Shown: positions 18,558 through 27,985 of the stretch, one piece after another
Layout: each line of letters opens with the position of its first letter
Numbering within the stretch: position 1 is the first letter of the stretch
Assembly: GCA_031362565.1 (NCBI GenBank)
Contig: JANLSU010000047.1
Span: forward strand, 1-64,000
DNA: 64,000 bases
Source: a bacterium
GTDB taxonomy: Bacteria > Krumholzibacteriota > Krumholzibacteriia > G020349025
Direction: 5' to 3'
The notes under the pieces: model-generated
Told to the model about the DNA's origin: nothing
Databases searched by the model: none
The model's input: the letters and a program-made list of their open reading frames with translations, nothing else
Translations under genes and position numbers: made by a program

Positions 18558-20651
18558 ATGCGGCTGGTATCGGCATCGGTATGGCGTATTCCGATCGTCT
18601 GGGCTCTGACCGTTGGACTTGCGTTGAGCCCCGGGCGCTCTCAGGCCCAAGGGAGTCCGTATCCGCGTCTCGCGAACATGTACCTGCAAGGCGCGGTCAA
18701 CGCGGCTGACATTCCCGCTCTGGCGCGCTGGGACGTCTTGATCTTGGATGCCTCCTGGTCGAGCGCCAATCTGCAATTGCTGCGGGTTCTGAATCCCAAC
18801 ATCAAGCTGTTTTACTATGTGTGCGCGTACTGCACCGAGACGGTGCCGCCGCCGGCGAATAGCTGGCGCCGGGTGAACTACGACTATGCCACCGCCAACG
18901 ACATGTGGTGGCGAAACTGGAATCTGACGATCGCCAGCGATTGGCCCGGTGCGCAGCTCCTGAACATCACCGACTTGGGTCCCGCCGGCCCGCAGGGCAA
19001 ATGGCGGCAGTTCATGGCTGCCCGCGTCGAGCAACTGGTACGCGACAATCCGGAAATCGACGGGGTGTTCTACGACAACTTTTGGAAGTCGATTGGCTGG
19101 GAGCAGGGCGGTGCCATCCAGGTCGACTCCGATTGCAACCCGACCCACAACCCGGTCGGGTGCAACGGGCTCATGGATTCCGATGCCCAGGTCGATACGC
19201 TCTGGAACCATGCCCTGCGTGCCTTGGCGCAGGACACGCGCACCCGGTTCGACACGGTGGTCGCGCAGCGTGGCGGCCGGCCACTCGCGGTCATCAGCAA
19301 CAGCTCGACGGATTACTTCGCCTGGCTGAACGGCACCTTGCACGAATATTTTCCGACGACGCTGGCGAATCCCGATCCTGGGAATGCCTATGGCTACGAT
19401 TGGAATCAGCAGATGCTTGCCGTCCCGGGCGGCTATCTCGTGGCGCCGTTCCGGCCGGCGCCGTATCTGGCCTCGGTGCTGAACGCCGACTGGTCCGGGA
19501 CGTGGACGGCGCCGGATCGCTCCGCGGAGTTCGAGCGCCACAAGCGCTTCACGCTGGCGTCGGCGCTGCTCGGTGACGGTTACTACAGTCTCGACGCGGC
19601 GCAAACCGGCCACGGCAGCATCTGGTGGGAGCCGGAGTTCGACCACGCCGGACGCGGCAAGGGATACCTGGGATATCCACTGGGTCCCATGAGCCGCGTC
19701 GGCGTACCGAATGGGCCCGAGCTGGTCACCAATGGCAGTTTCAACGGCGTGGGTGCCCCGTGGTTGTCGCTCGCGACGCTCGCCACCGGCAGTTGGCGTG
19801 TCGACACGGCGAGCTTTCACACCGCGCCCAGTTCGGCACGCATCGACGTCACGAGCCTGTTGCCCGGGGGGTCCTTCAAACTCTATGAGACGGTGCCAGT
19901 TCAGGGTGGGCACGGGTACACGATCAGCTTCTGGGCCCGCGCCACGGCGGCCCAACAATTGGAACTGCACCTTTACTCGCCCAGCTGCCCCAGCGTTCGT
20001 TGCCTTGGGGACCAGTGGGTGACTCTGGGGACGGCGTGGGCGCGCTACGAGATCCCGTTCGTGGCGACGGGTACCGCGAGTGCCGGGTTCAACCTCTTCG
20101 TTCAATCGGTGGGGACGGTGTGGATCGACGACGTATCCCTCCGTGAGGGCGATACGTCGGTCTATCGGCGTGACTTCGACAAGGGGACCGTCATTCTGAA
20201 CTACACGACGATCCCGCAGACGGTGGCCCTGGGTGGGAATTTCCATCACCTGAGCGTGCCCGGGTCGGCGCTCTATGACGGCGCGGTCGTGACGAGCGAA
20301 CTCCTGCAGCCCTCGGACGCCCGCATCCTGCTGAACGGCTCGAATCCGACGGCCGCCCTGCCGCTGGCACCCGTGGCCCGGGTTCTCGACAACGAACCGA
20401 ATCCGTTCAATCCCACGACACGGATTCGCTATTCGGTGGACCGCGACGAGCTGGTGCAACTCCAGGTCTATGATTTGGCCGGGCGCTTGGTGCGGTCGCT
20501 CGTCAACGAGCGCGTCCGCAGTGGAGTCGAGCACGGCGTGACTTGGGACGGCAAGGACGGTGCGGGCGTACGCGTGCGCTCGGGCGTCTATTTCGCCCGC
20601 ATTTCCACGCCCAGCTTCAGCGCCGCGCACAAGATGATCTTGTTGAAGTGA
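18558..20651 (+). CDS. Secreted putative glycoside hydrolase (TIM-barrel, GHL15-like) with CBM4/9-like module and C-terminal FlgD-Ig domain
   Basis: Signal peptide. LNPNIKL, DGVFYDN, YRRDFDKG...N. Inserted ELVTNGSF...YTISFWAR...VWIDDVSL carbohydrate-binding module. PNPFNPTT...SGVYF tail. Confidence 0.75.
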   Translation: MRLVSASVWRIPIVWALTVGLALSPGRSQAQGSPYPRLANMYLQGAVNAADIPALARWDVLILDASWSSANLQLLRVLNPNIKLFYYVCAYCTETVPPPANSWRRVNYDYATANDMWWRNWNLTIASDWPGAQLLNITDLGPAGPQGKWRQFMAARVEQLVRDNPEIDGVFYDNFWKSIGWEQGGAIQVDSDCNPTHNPVGCNGLMDSDAQVDTLWNHALRALAQDTRTRFDTVVAQRGGRPLAVISNSSTDYFAWLNGTLHEYFPTTLANPDPGNAYGYDWNQQMLAVPGGYLVAPFRPAPYLASVLNADWSGTWTAPDRSAEFERHKRFTLASALLGDGYYSLDAAQTGHGSIWWEPEFDHAGRGKGYLGYPLGPMSRVGVPNGPELVTNGSFNGVGAPWLSLATLATGSWRVDTASFHTAPSSARIDVTSLLPGGSFKLYETVPVQGGHGYTISFWARATAAQQLELHLYSPSCPSVRCLGDQWVTLGTAWARYEIPFVATGTASAGFNLFVQSVGTVWIDDVSLREGDTSVYRRDFDKGTVILNYTTIPQTVALGGNFHHLSVPGSALYDGAVVTSELLQPSDARILLNGSNPTAALPLAPVARVLDNEPNPFNPTTRIRYSVDRDELVQLQVYDLAGRLVRSLVNERVRSGVEHGVTWDGKDGAGVRVRSGVYFARISTPSFSAAHKMILLK

Positions 20652-20887
20652 ATCTGCTGGGCCCGAAGAATTTTTTTTCTGCACGAGGCGCATCGCGCAC
20701 TGCCTGCTGGACTGCGATTCCGGTCGATGAATGCACTGTAACGCAGAAGTCATCCGGCGCTTATCTACAGTCCGTACAGTGACCACACTCGCGGGCGGCT
20801 GTTGAATGGCTGCGCTCGTCCAGGAAGTCCGCTTCCGCCTTCTCCCGACAAGAGAGCGGACTGACTCGGAGAGAATGCGAACGAATG

Positions 20888-20921
20888 CAATGCCCGGCCG
20901 CCTTCTGACGGCCGGGTATTG
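20888..20921. terminator. Hairpin between convergent genes, putative bidirectional terminator
   Basis: caatgcccggccg / cggccgggtattg: 13-bp stem with one G-U pair and an 8-nt loop. Confidence 0.5.
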
Positions 20922-21064
20922 TCATTGGTGTACCGGGGCATCGCAGCGCTGGGTGGAGATGCGTGGCGCGGGGGTGGCGCCGGGCCCAGTGTTCGACCGA
21001 GCCGGCGCCCGAACTCGAGCGACTCAGCGGCCGAATCGCATCCCTTTGGAGTACGCCCGCAAGC

Positions 21065-21970
21065 TCAAGATCCGAAGCGCTTGGTGTACACGTAAGTAAA
21101 TTCGGCGCCCAGAAAGAAGATTTGCGCCGAGTAGTACACCCACAGCAGCAGGATGGCCAGCGATCCCGCCGCGCCGAACATCGAAGCGGTAGCGCTCTTG
21201 CCCAGATAGAGCCCGATCAGCCACTTGCCGATTACGAACAGCACGGTCGTGGCCATGGCGCCGATGCGTACTTCCTGCCAGGAAAGGCGCACGTCGGGCA
21301 GGACCTTGTACATCAAGGAAAAGAGGACGAAGACCATGAGGAGCGAAATGACGAGGTTGGCGCCCTCGAGTACACCGGGCGGCAACGCCAGCGAAGCACC
21401 CCAGTATTCGTTCAGAGCGGTGATGCCGGCGCTCGCGACCAACGAAACGAGAAGCAAGAACCCCGTCGCCAAGACGAGTCCGAACGACAGAACGCGATGC
21501 CGGACCAGCCGCAGGATCGAGCTGCCCGTTGAGCGCGCCTTGACGCCCCACATCGTATTCAGTGAATCATGGAGATCACCGAACGCCGCCGTCGCCGTGA
21601 GGAACAAGGTGACGATGCTGACCAGTGTCGCCAGCGGTCCGGCGCGGTCCGTGTAGAGGTTCGTGATCGCCGTCTCGACGAGACGGGCGCCCTCGGGCCC
21701 TACCAAGCCGGCGATTTCACCGACAATGCGCCCCTGGGCGGCGTCGCGTCCGAAAAATAGACCGGCGAGTGCGACGCTGATGACCAGAAGGGGTGCCATC
21801 GAGAAGATCGTCAGGTAGGAAAGCGCCGCTGCAAGCTTCGGGACGTTGTCCTTGCGGCACTCACGCAGAGTCTCCTGCGCCACATCGCACCAGCCTCGTA
21901 ACCCATTCGCCGATGGGCGTGCCCGGAGTGCCGACGAGGCGCGGGCGCGCGCCTCGTCGACGGTGGTCAC
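21065..21970 (-). CDS. YihY/virulence factor BrkB family membrane protein
   Basis: LAAALSY..IFSMAPLL, YKVLPD, FGAAGSL..LLLWVYYSAQIFFLGAEF. GTG overlaps the stop of the upstream gene (GTGA). Confidence 0.92.
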   Translation of the reverse strand: MTTVDEARARASSALRARPSANGLRGWCDVAQETLRECRKDNVPKLAAALSYLTIFSMAPLLVISVALAGLFFGRDAAQGRIVGEIAGLVGPEGARLVETAITNLYTDRAGPLATLVSIVTLFLTATAAFGDLHDSLNTMWGVKARSTGSSILRLVRHRVLSFGLVLATGFLLLVSLVASAGITALNEYWGASLALPPGVLEGANLVISLLMVFVLFSLMYKVLPDVRLSWQEVRIGAMATTVLFVIGKWLIGLYLGKSATASMFGAAGSLAILLLWVYYSAQIFFLGAEFTYVYTKRFGS

Positions 21971-22302
21971 TTGCGCATCCGTCGCGCCAGCAAGAGTCCG
22001 GCGAGCACACCGATACCGGCGGTCAAGAGCAGGGTGCGCGTTGGGTTGTCTTGCAGTCCCTGCGCGACGCGGGCGCGGCCATCTTGAACGCTGCCGACCA
22101 AGTTGTCCTTGGCATCCACAACACGCTCCTGCAAGTGCTGCCGGGTGGCATCGATCTCGTGCGCCTTGTCGCGCAGGCCCGTCGACAGACGGTCTCCGGC
22201 CTCGTCGGCCTTGCGTCCGAGTTCGCGTCCCTTGTTCTCCATCATACCCGCGGATGCCGCGGCGGCACTCGCCCCGCTTCTCGAGCCCTGTTCGATCGCC
22301 AT
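21967..22302 (-). CDS. DUF883/ElaB-YqjD-like tail-anchored protein
   Basis: Helical hydrophilic body, then NP-TM segment-RR C-terminus. RBS GGAGGAG. Confidence 0.75.
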   Translation of the reverse strand: MAIEQGSRSGASAAAASAGMMENKGRELGRKADEAGDRLSTGLRDKAHEIDATRQHLQERVVDAKDNLVGSVQDGRARVAQGLQDNPTRTLLLTAGIGVLAGLLLARRMRK

Positions 22303-22504
22303 GATGCAACTCCTCCATGTAGGGTCATCGGAGTGCTGATCGTGACGCTTCACGCCCAAGACTCCGTTTGCACTTTAACACACGGCTGCGGCACGAAGCA
22401 CGGAACGACGTCACAAATGCAGCTCGGATCGTGACGAGTCTGTCATGTCGACGTCACGGCGGCGTCATCGTGATCGCAGTAGGTTTGGCGTGAGGTGTTG
22501 CTTC

Positions 22505-22717
22505 ATGGCCAAGCATCGCGAAGAGCAGAATCAGAAACGCGAGAATGACGCAGTCCCGTCAAGTGATCAAAGCGGGGACGAGCGTGTGCCTGCCAAAAAG
22601 ACCAACGAATCGCGCCGCGGCAATCGTGACGAGGACCGCCGAGCACGCGAACGCTTCGACGCCGAAGGTGGCAGCCAGATGCACGGCGGCAAGCCGCGCC
22701 CGCCGTCCGAGTTGTAG
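22505..22717 (+). CDS. Small hydrophilic (stress-type) protein, 70 aa
   Basis: ATG after GAGGTG. Highly charged and likely disordered. Confidence 0.5.
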   Translation: MAKHREEQNQKRENDAVPSSDQSGDERVPAKKTNESRRGNRDEDRRARERFDAEGGSQMHGGKPRPPSEL

Positions 22718-22825
22718 AGACACCGAGGTTCGGCTGACCGGTGCTCCGCCGCGCCGGGAAACTGCGCTTCAGCACTCACCACGCCGGGGGCTCCGACTCC
22801 GGCACTACAGAAAAGGGAATTACTC

Positions 22826-23461
22826 ATGCGAAGTACGAGTTCGGTACTCCAAAAAGCGATCCTCGCACCGGCCGTCGCCGTGGCCTTGATCGCAGTCGGG
22901 CCACTGGCCGGAGGCACCGCGTGGAGCCAAACCTCCTACGCGGTCCTCGGCGCGCATGTCTCGCACAATCAGGTGCGGGATGCGAACGACGGCAATTTCC
23001 TGGGCGGCGTACACGGCGAACTGCGGCCGATCCCGATGCTCGGCCTCAATGCCTCGGTTGATTTCCGCTCCGACGAGCAGTTCGACGTTCAGATGGGAAC
23101 AACGAACGCCGCGCTACACGTTCGGACCGTGCCGATCACGCTTTCTGGAAAGCTCTATCTGCCGATCGCACCGGTGGTAACGCCGTACGGAATGGTCGGC
23201 GCCGGCTGGTACCACCAGGTCTTCGACTACTCATCGGACCTCGAGGCGCTTGGACTTCGCGATCACGACGAGACGACGTTCGGTTGGCATGTCGGCCTGG
23301 GGGCCAATCTAAATCTACAACCGCGGTTCGGCGTCTACGCCGACGCGCGCTGGATCTTCCTGGATCCGAATCGTAGCGTCGATAGCCAGACGAGCGACCA
23401 GGTCAAGAATTTCGACTTCAACTCGATGAATGTACAAGCTGGCGTGAACTTCCTGTTCTAG
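22826..23461 (+). CDS. Outer-membrane beta-barrel protein (OmpA/OmpW-like, about 8 strands)
   Basis: Signal peptide. TPYGMVGAGWY, FGWHVGLGA. C-terminal AGVNFLF barrel signature. Confidence 0.85.
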   Translation: MRSTSSVLQKAILAPAVAVALIAVGPLAGGTAWSQTSYAVLGAHVSHNQVRDANDGNFLGGVHGELRPIPMLGLNASVDFRSDEQFDVQMGTTNAALHVRTVPITLSGKLYLPIAPVVTPYGMVGAGWYHQVFDYSSDLEALGLRDHDETTFGWHVGLGANLNLQPRFGVYADARWIFLDPNRSVDSQTSDQVKNFDFNSMNVQAGVNFLF

Positions 23462-23476
23462 GCGCCACCGACGGAT

Positions 23477-24187
23477 TCAGGCGGCACCGCGGGCCGTGAC
23501 GACGGCACCGACGGTGCGCGCCAGAATCCGGAGGTCCAGCCACATGGAACGATGCCGCCAGTAGGCGATGTCGAGCCGCACGCGATCATCGAAGTCCAAG
23601 TCATTGCGCCCCGAAACCTGCCACAACCCCGTCAGTCCAGGCTGCAATTCGAGCCGCGCCGTATGCCAAGGCTTGTACGTACTCGAGGCGAACGATGTCG
23701 GCCGCGGGCCCACCAGGCTCATCTCGCCACGCAGGATGTTCACCACTTGCGGTAGTTCGTCGAGGCTCGAACGGCGCAGGAAGCGGCCGATGCGTGTCAT
23801 GCGCGGGTCATCGTGAATCTTGAAGTCCGGATAGCTCAGTTCGTTCATATGCATGTACTGCTGTTTGAGCTCCTCGGCATTCGCATGCATGGTCCGGAGC
23901 TTGAGCATCTTGAAGCGCCTCCCGCCCTTGCCGGTTCGCACCTGCAGGAAGAACATCGGCCCCGGCGAATCCAACTTCACGAGCACGGCGCACATCGCGA
24001 CAAGTGGTAGCACCACGGGCAGCATCACGCTGGTGGCTGCGACATCGAGGGCGCGTTTGAGGGCCGGATAGGCGCGATCCGACCCGGGCGCGACATGGGC
24101 GGGGCGCGCGTACCAGGGCCCACGGCGGGTGTGGTAGGGAACCCCCGTTGCGGCATTGCTCTGAGAACGAAGTGGGATGGAAGTCAT
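23477..24187 (-). CDS. Priming (initiating) sugar-phosphate transferase, Bac_transf family
   Basis: KRALD, SPGP.F.Q.R.GKGG..F...[51 protein letters not shown]. Confidence 0.95.
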   Translation of the reverse strand: MTSIPLRSQSNAATGVPYHTRRGPWYARPAHVAPGSDRAYPALKRALDVAATSVMLPVVLPLVAMCAVLVKLDSPGPMFFLQVRTGKGGRRFKMLKLRTMHANAEELKQQYMHMNELSYPDFKIHDDPRMTRIGRFLRRSSLDELPQVVNILRGEMSLVGPRPTSFASSTYKPWHTARLELQPGLTGLWQVSGRNDLDFDDRVRLDIAYWRHRSMWLDLRILARTVGAVVTARGAA

Positions 24188-24254
24188 GTGACACCTTCGT
24201 GGGCTCGCGTGCAGCGAGCGTTCGTCCGCGTGCAGAATAGCACCGCACATCCGC

Positions 24255-24276
24255 GAGTGAAAGCTTGCTTTCACTC
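24255..24276. promoter_or_regulatory. Palindromic operator candidate in the divergent EPS promoter region
   Basis: GAGTGAAAGC-TT-GCTTTCACTC: perfect 10-bp inverted repeat with a 2-nt spacer. Confidence 0.55.
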
Positions 24277-24388
24277 ACAAGTCAAATGGCATGACGGATG
24301 GGGCGACGAAACGCGGCTTGAAGGCCTGTCCAAGATTACAAATTGTTCATTTCATACGTGTAATGTCGCGAAAAAACACGCCGCAAAC

Positions 24389-24417
24389 TTGACCGCGCCG
24401 CGCCTGTTCGCTATGAT
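24389..24417 (+). promoter_or_regulatory. Sigma70-type promoter of the comA-EPS operon
   Basis: TTGACC (24389-24394), 17-nt spacer, TATGAT (24412-24417). AT-rich sequence upstream. Confidence 0.65.
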
Positions 24418-24552
24418 CGCGAACACCAGCGACGCGACGACATGCCGCGGTCAACGGAAGTTCGTCGGCGCGGAAACCCTGCACACACGCGCACTCTCGA
24501 CTCGGAACCGGTTCACGAGTGCAGCCGCACCGAAACATCAGGATTGCTCGAC

Positions 24553-25380
24553 ATGGAACCTTTCGCACCCAGACCAAACACGACGAGCTACCTCCGTTCA
24601 ATCGGTGTCCGTGACTTGCCGCCGCGGACATGTCCGTTCGACCCCGGGTATGACGCTCTGACTCTGCGCGGCCATCTCGAGCAAAGCGCGCACTTGATGT
24701 CGACGCTCAAGATCTCGATGGCGTGCTGGCTGGTCGCGAAGGAACAGGTGACGCGCGAAAAGATCGCCATGGCGCGCCGGCATCGTGTCCCCACGGTCAC
24801 CGGCGGCGGGCCGTTCGAGATCGCCGCCGCTCAAGGGCATGTGCGCGAGTATCTCGATTTGTGTGCCGACATCGGCGTGACGCGAATCGAAGCCGGCGAA
24901 GGGTTCACGGACCTGACGCTGGCTCCCGGCGCGGTCATGAGCATGGCGCGCGAGCGCGGGCTCGAGGTGCAGTTCGAGCTGGGGAAGAAGCATGCCGGGG
25001 CGTTCGACAGCGGCATGGTCGGCGACCTCATCGACCAGGGCCGCAGCTGGCTGGACGCTGGAGCGGTGCAACTGGTCATCGAGGCCCGCGAAAGTGCTGC
25101 GGGTGTCGGCCTGTTCGACATTTCTGGAGCCCTGAACCGGGCGTTCGCGGACCGCTTTGTGAGCGCCTTCGGTTTCGAGGTCGCGGTATTCGAAGCGCCG
25201 AACAAGCCGAGCCAGTTTGCGCTGCTCGAACATTTTGGATCCGAAGTGCACCTGAGCAACGTGCGCCTCGAGGAATTGTTACGGGTTGAAATCTACCGGC
25301 GGGGATTGCACTCGGATGCGTTCGAGAAGGCAAATCTGCGGCCGCGCGTTCCCGGCGAGGAAACTCCTGCACGCGCTTGA
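24553..25380 (+). CDS. comA: Phosphosulfolactate synthase (ComA family)
   Basis: DPG, LKIS, GGGPFE, FELGKK, LVIEARES, FEAP, NV...EIYRRGLHSD match the ComA TIM-barrel motif series. Confidence 0.88.
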   Translation: MEPFAPRPNTTSYLRSIGVRDLPPRTCPFDPGYDALTLRGHLEQSAHLMSTLKISMACWLVAKEQVTREKIAMARRHRVPTVTGGGPFEIAAAQGHVREYLDLCADIGVTRIEAGEGFTDLTLAPGAVMSMARERGLEVQFELGKKHAGAFDSGMVGDLIDQGRSWLDAGAVQLVIEARESAAGVGLFDISGALNRAFADRFVSAFGFEVAVFEAPNKPSQFALLEHFGSEVHLSNVRLEELLRVEIYRRGLHSDAFEKANLRPRVPGEETPARA

Positions 25381-25422
25381 GCCAGCGGAACGCACCGAGT
25401 CCCGGAGGAGGGTCGTACCAGC

Positions 25423-26160
25423 GTGAATCACATCGTACGCGTCGATTGTTTCAACGATGACCTGCCGTTATACGGCGACGACTACGCAGTCATCGCTGTG
25501 GATGTGATGCGTTCCACGACGACAGCGGTCACCGCGGTCGCGACGGGACGCCGCTGTTTTCCAGTGGCCTCAATCGAAGGCGCACTACGCCTCGCGAGCG
25601 TGTTGCCCAATGCCCTGCTCGTGGGCGAGCAGGGCGGTGGCATGCCCTACGGCTTCGCCTTCACGAACAGTCCGTACGAAATGCACCGCCGTGACTATGA
25701 CCTGAGCCGTCCGGCGGTCTTGCTGTCGAGTTCGGGGACCAAGCTCCTTTGCGCCGCTGCCGAGCGTCATGCGACCGTCTATGCAGCTTGCCTACGCAAT
25801 GCCCGCGCGACGGCCGCATGGGTGGCGGCGCATCATACCCATGTGGCAATTGTCGGGGCCGGCACCCGCGGTGAGTTCCGCGAGGAAGACCAGCTGGCCT
25901 GCGCCTGGATTGCCGCGACCCTGGTGACGCACGGATTCGAAGCCGGCGCCCTGGCCGCCGCCATCATCGAGCGCTGGCAGTCGGCGCCGGTGCACCTGAT
26001 TGCCGATGGCAAGAGTGCCGCATACCTGCGTCGATCCGGACAAACCTTCGACCTGCATTTTGTCCTCTCGCATATCAACGACCTCGACCTGGTGTGCGCG
26101 TTGCAAAACGACGAGATCGTCGTCGCGGACCGCGTGCCGATCCAAGAGGTGGCGGCATGA
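25423..26160 (+). CDS. comB: 2-phosphosulfolactate phosphatase (ComB family)
   Basis: VDVMRSTTT, GEQGG, NSP, SSSGT, ACLRNA, EEDQLACA. Confidence 0.92.
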   Translation: MNHIVRVDCFNDDLPLYGDDYAVIAVDVMRSTTTAVTAVATGRRCFPVASIEGALRLASVLPNALLVGEQGGGMPYGFAFTNSPYEMHRRDYDLSRPAVLLSSSGTKLLCAAAERHATVYAACLRNARATAAWVAAHHTHVAIVGAGTRGEFREEDQLACAWIAATLVTHGFEAGALAAAIIERWQSAPVHLIADGKSAAYLRRSGQTFDLHFVLSHINDLDLVCALQNDEIVVADRVPIQEVAA

Positions 26161-27437
26161 AGGAGCCATGGCGTGCGATACAGCGCTCGACTCCGGTGCT
26201 GCTTCTCAAAGGGGTCGCGGACCCTCTGCAGCAGTCGGGGGTGGCGATCGCGCGCAGCCTGGGGCGGCTCGGCGTCGCGGTGCACGGTGTGTACGATGCC
26301 GTCGATGTTCCCGGCGCCCGGTCGCGCTACGTCCAAAGCCGCAGCGCCTGGGATGTGGCACGGTCGGCGCGGGAAGCAACGCTGCGGCACTTGCGAGACC
26401 GGGCTGACGATATTGGCGGCGTACCGCTGCTCATCCCGACCGACGATGTCGCGACCCTGTTCGTCGACGAACAGGCCGACACCTTGCGCCTGACGTTCGG
26501 GTTTCCCGGCCAACCGCGTGGCCTGCCGCGCCAACTCGCCGACAAGCGGTCGATGCAAATGCTTTGCGCCGCGCACGGCGTCGACACCGCACGCTGTGCC
26601 TATCCAACGTCGCGCCGCGATCTGTTGCACATTCTCCAGGACTGGCAGTTCCCGGCCGTGCTGAAGAGCATGGACCCGGCACTGCTGCGCCAGCGTCCTG
26701 GGGCGAAGAGCGTCACGATCGCGGCCACCGCACCGGAACTCCTTGCCGCCTATGACGCGATGGAAGTGCCGGGACATCCGAACCTTATGCTGCAGGAATA
26801 CATTCCCGGGGACGCCGAGTCGGTGTGGATGTTCAACGGCTATTTCGATGCGGATTCGGATTGTCTGTTCGGAGTCACCGGCCGAAAAATCCGTCAGAGC
26901 CCGCCGCATACCGGCGCGACCTCGCTTGGAGTCTGCCTCCATAACGGCGTCGTGTTCGAGAAAACGCGGCGGTTCATGAAGGCGATCGGCTATCAGGGCA
27001 GCCTCGATCTCGGGTTCCGGTATGACCTGCGGGACGGCCGCTACAAGTTGCTCGACGTCAATCCGCGCATCGGCGCCACCTTCCGGCTCTTCGTCGACGC
27101 CAACGGCATGGACGTGGCGCGCGCTCAGTACCTGGATCACACCGGACAGCCGGTTCCCGCTTCGGCGCCGGTTCCGGGGCGCCGCTGGCTGGTCGAAATG
27201 CGCGACTTGAGCTCGGCGCACCAACTGCGGCGCGCGGATGAACTCACGGCGTGGTCCTGGCTCCGCTCGTATGCCGGCGTGCGCGAGACGGCGTGGTTTG
27301 CCGCCGACGACATGGGCCCCTTCCGCGCCGTGCTCGGCTACTACATGTCGCGCGCCGTTCGCCGGTCGCAAGCCCCGGCGCAAGCCCGCGAGCGCGGCCC
27401 GCGGATGCAGATCGCTCCCAAGGTGGTGCGCCCATGA
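26157..27437 (+). CDS. ATP-grasp carboxylate-amine ligase (D-aspartate-ligase-like)
   Basis: ARSLGRLG, LIPTDD, DK, FPAVLK, QEYIPG, DLRDGRYKLLDVNPR. ATGA overlap with comB. Confidence 0.88.
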   Translation: MKEPWRAIQRSTPVLLLKGVADPLQQSGVAIARSLGRLGVAVHGVYDAVDVPGARSRYVQSRSAWDVARSAREATLRHLRDRADDIGGVPLLIPTDDVATLFVDEQADTLRLTFGFPGQPRGLPRQLADKRSMQMLCAAHGVDTARCAYPTSRRDLLHILQDWQFPAVLKSMDPALLRQRPGAKSVTIAATAPELLAAYDAMEVPGHPNLMLQEYIPGDAESVWMFNGYFDADSDCLFGVTGRKIRQSPPHTGATSLGVCLHNGVVFEKTRRFMKAIGYQGSLDLGFRYDLRDGRYKLLDVNPRIGATFRLFVDANGMDVARAQYLDHTGQPVPASAPVPGRRWLVEMRDLSSAHQLRRADELTAWSWLRSYAGVRETAWFAADDMGPFRAVLGYYMSRAVRRSQAPAQARERGPRMQIAPKVVRP

Positions 27438-27973
27438 AAACGGCACTGCATGGCGAATACCGTTGCCGTCGCACCGTCGCTCTGGTGCTTCGCACCTGGG
27501 TGGGCGCGGTCGCGCTGTGGGCATTGCAGGGCGCGCCGCGTGCGTGCGCTCAGGAAGACAATCGCTATTTGCTCGGACAGGACCGGCAACTCGAAATGAT
27601 CGTCCATATCATTGGTGAAGTGAAGGCGCCGGGTGAGTACCGGGTGCACGACAACACGACCGCTCTCGAACTGCTGTCCAAAGCCGGCGGCCCGACGGAG
27701 TTCGCGAACCTGGGCGCCATCCTCATTCGCCATACCCAACCGGGCGGCCCGGGCGCCGCCCTGGCTGCCGGGCCGTCAGTTCAGAAGATCAACTTGGGGA
27801 AATACCTGCACGACAGCACCGCCACGCCACCGCCGGTCTTGCAACCGGGCGACTTTGTCTCCGTCCCCGGCAATCGCTGGCGGACCTGGCGCAGCGGTTT
27901 CTCGGTCGTGCGTGACCTCGCCGTGGTGGCTTCGGCCTATTTTCTTTATCTCCGAGCCCACAACAACAACTGA
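27434..27973 (+). CDS. SLBB-domain polysaccharide export protein (short Wza/OPX-like)
   Basis: HIIGEVKAPGEY...LLSKAGG...LQPGD.V.VP. C-terminal amphipathic/hydrophobic helix. ATGA overlap with the ligase gene. Confidence 0.85.
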   Translation: MKTALHGEYRCRRTVALVLRTWVGAVALWALQGAPRACAQEDNRYLLGQDRQLEMIVHIIGEVKAPGEYRVHDNTTALELLSKAGGPTEFANLGAILIRHTQPGGPGAALAAGPSVQKINLGKYLHDSTATPPPVLQPGDFVSVPGNRWRTWRSGFSVVRDLAVVASAYFLYLRAHNNN

Positions 27974-27985
27974 TGAGGAGGGTGG

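Noticed and set aside
18408..20786. Long antisense ORFs (792 aa here; also 16080-17885, 25833-27524, 47853-49658, 55660-57294)
   Set aside because: These are shadow frames of well-supported high-GC genes. They are Arg/Ala/Gly-rich and carry no recognisable motifs.
24553..26160. comAB as evidence of coenzyme M biosynthesis or methanogen origin
   Set aside because: No comC/comDE in the window. The context is bacterial and aerobic (cox operon), and the genes are coupled to EPS genes.
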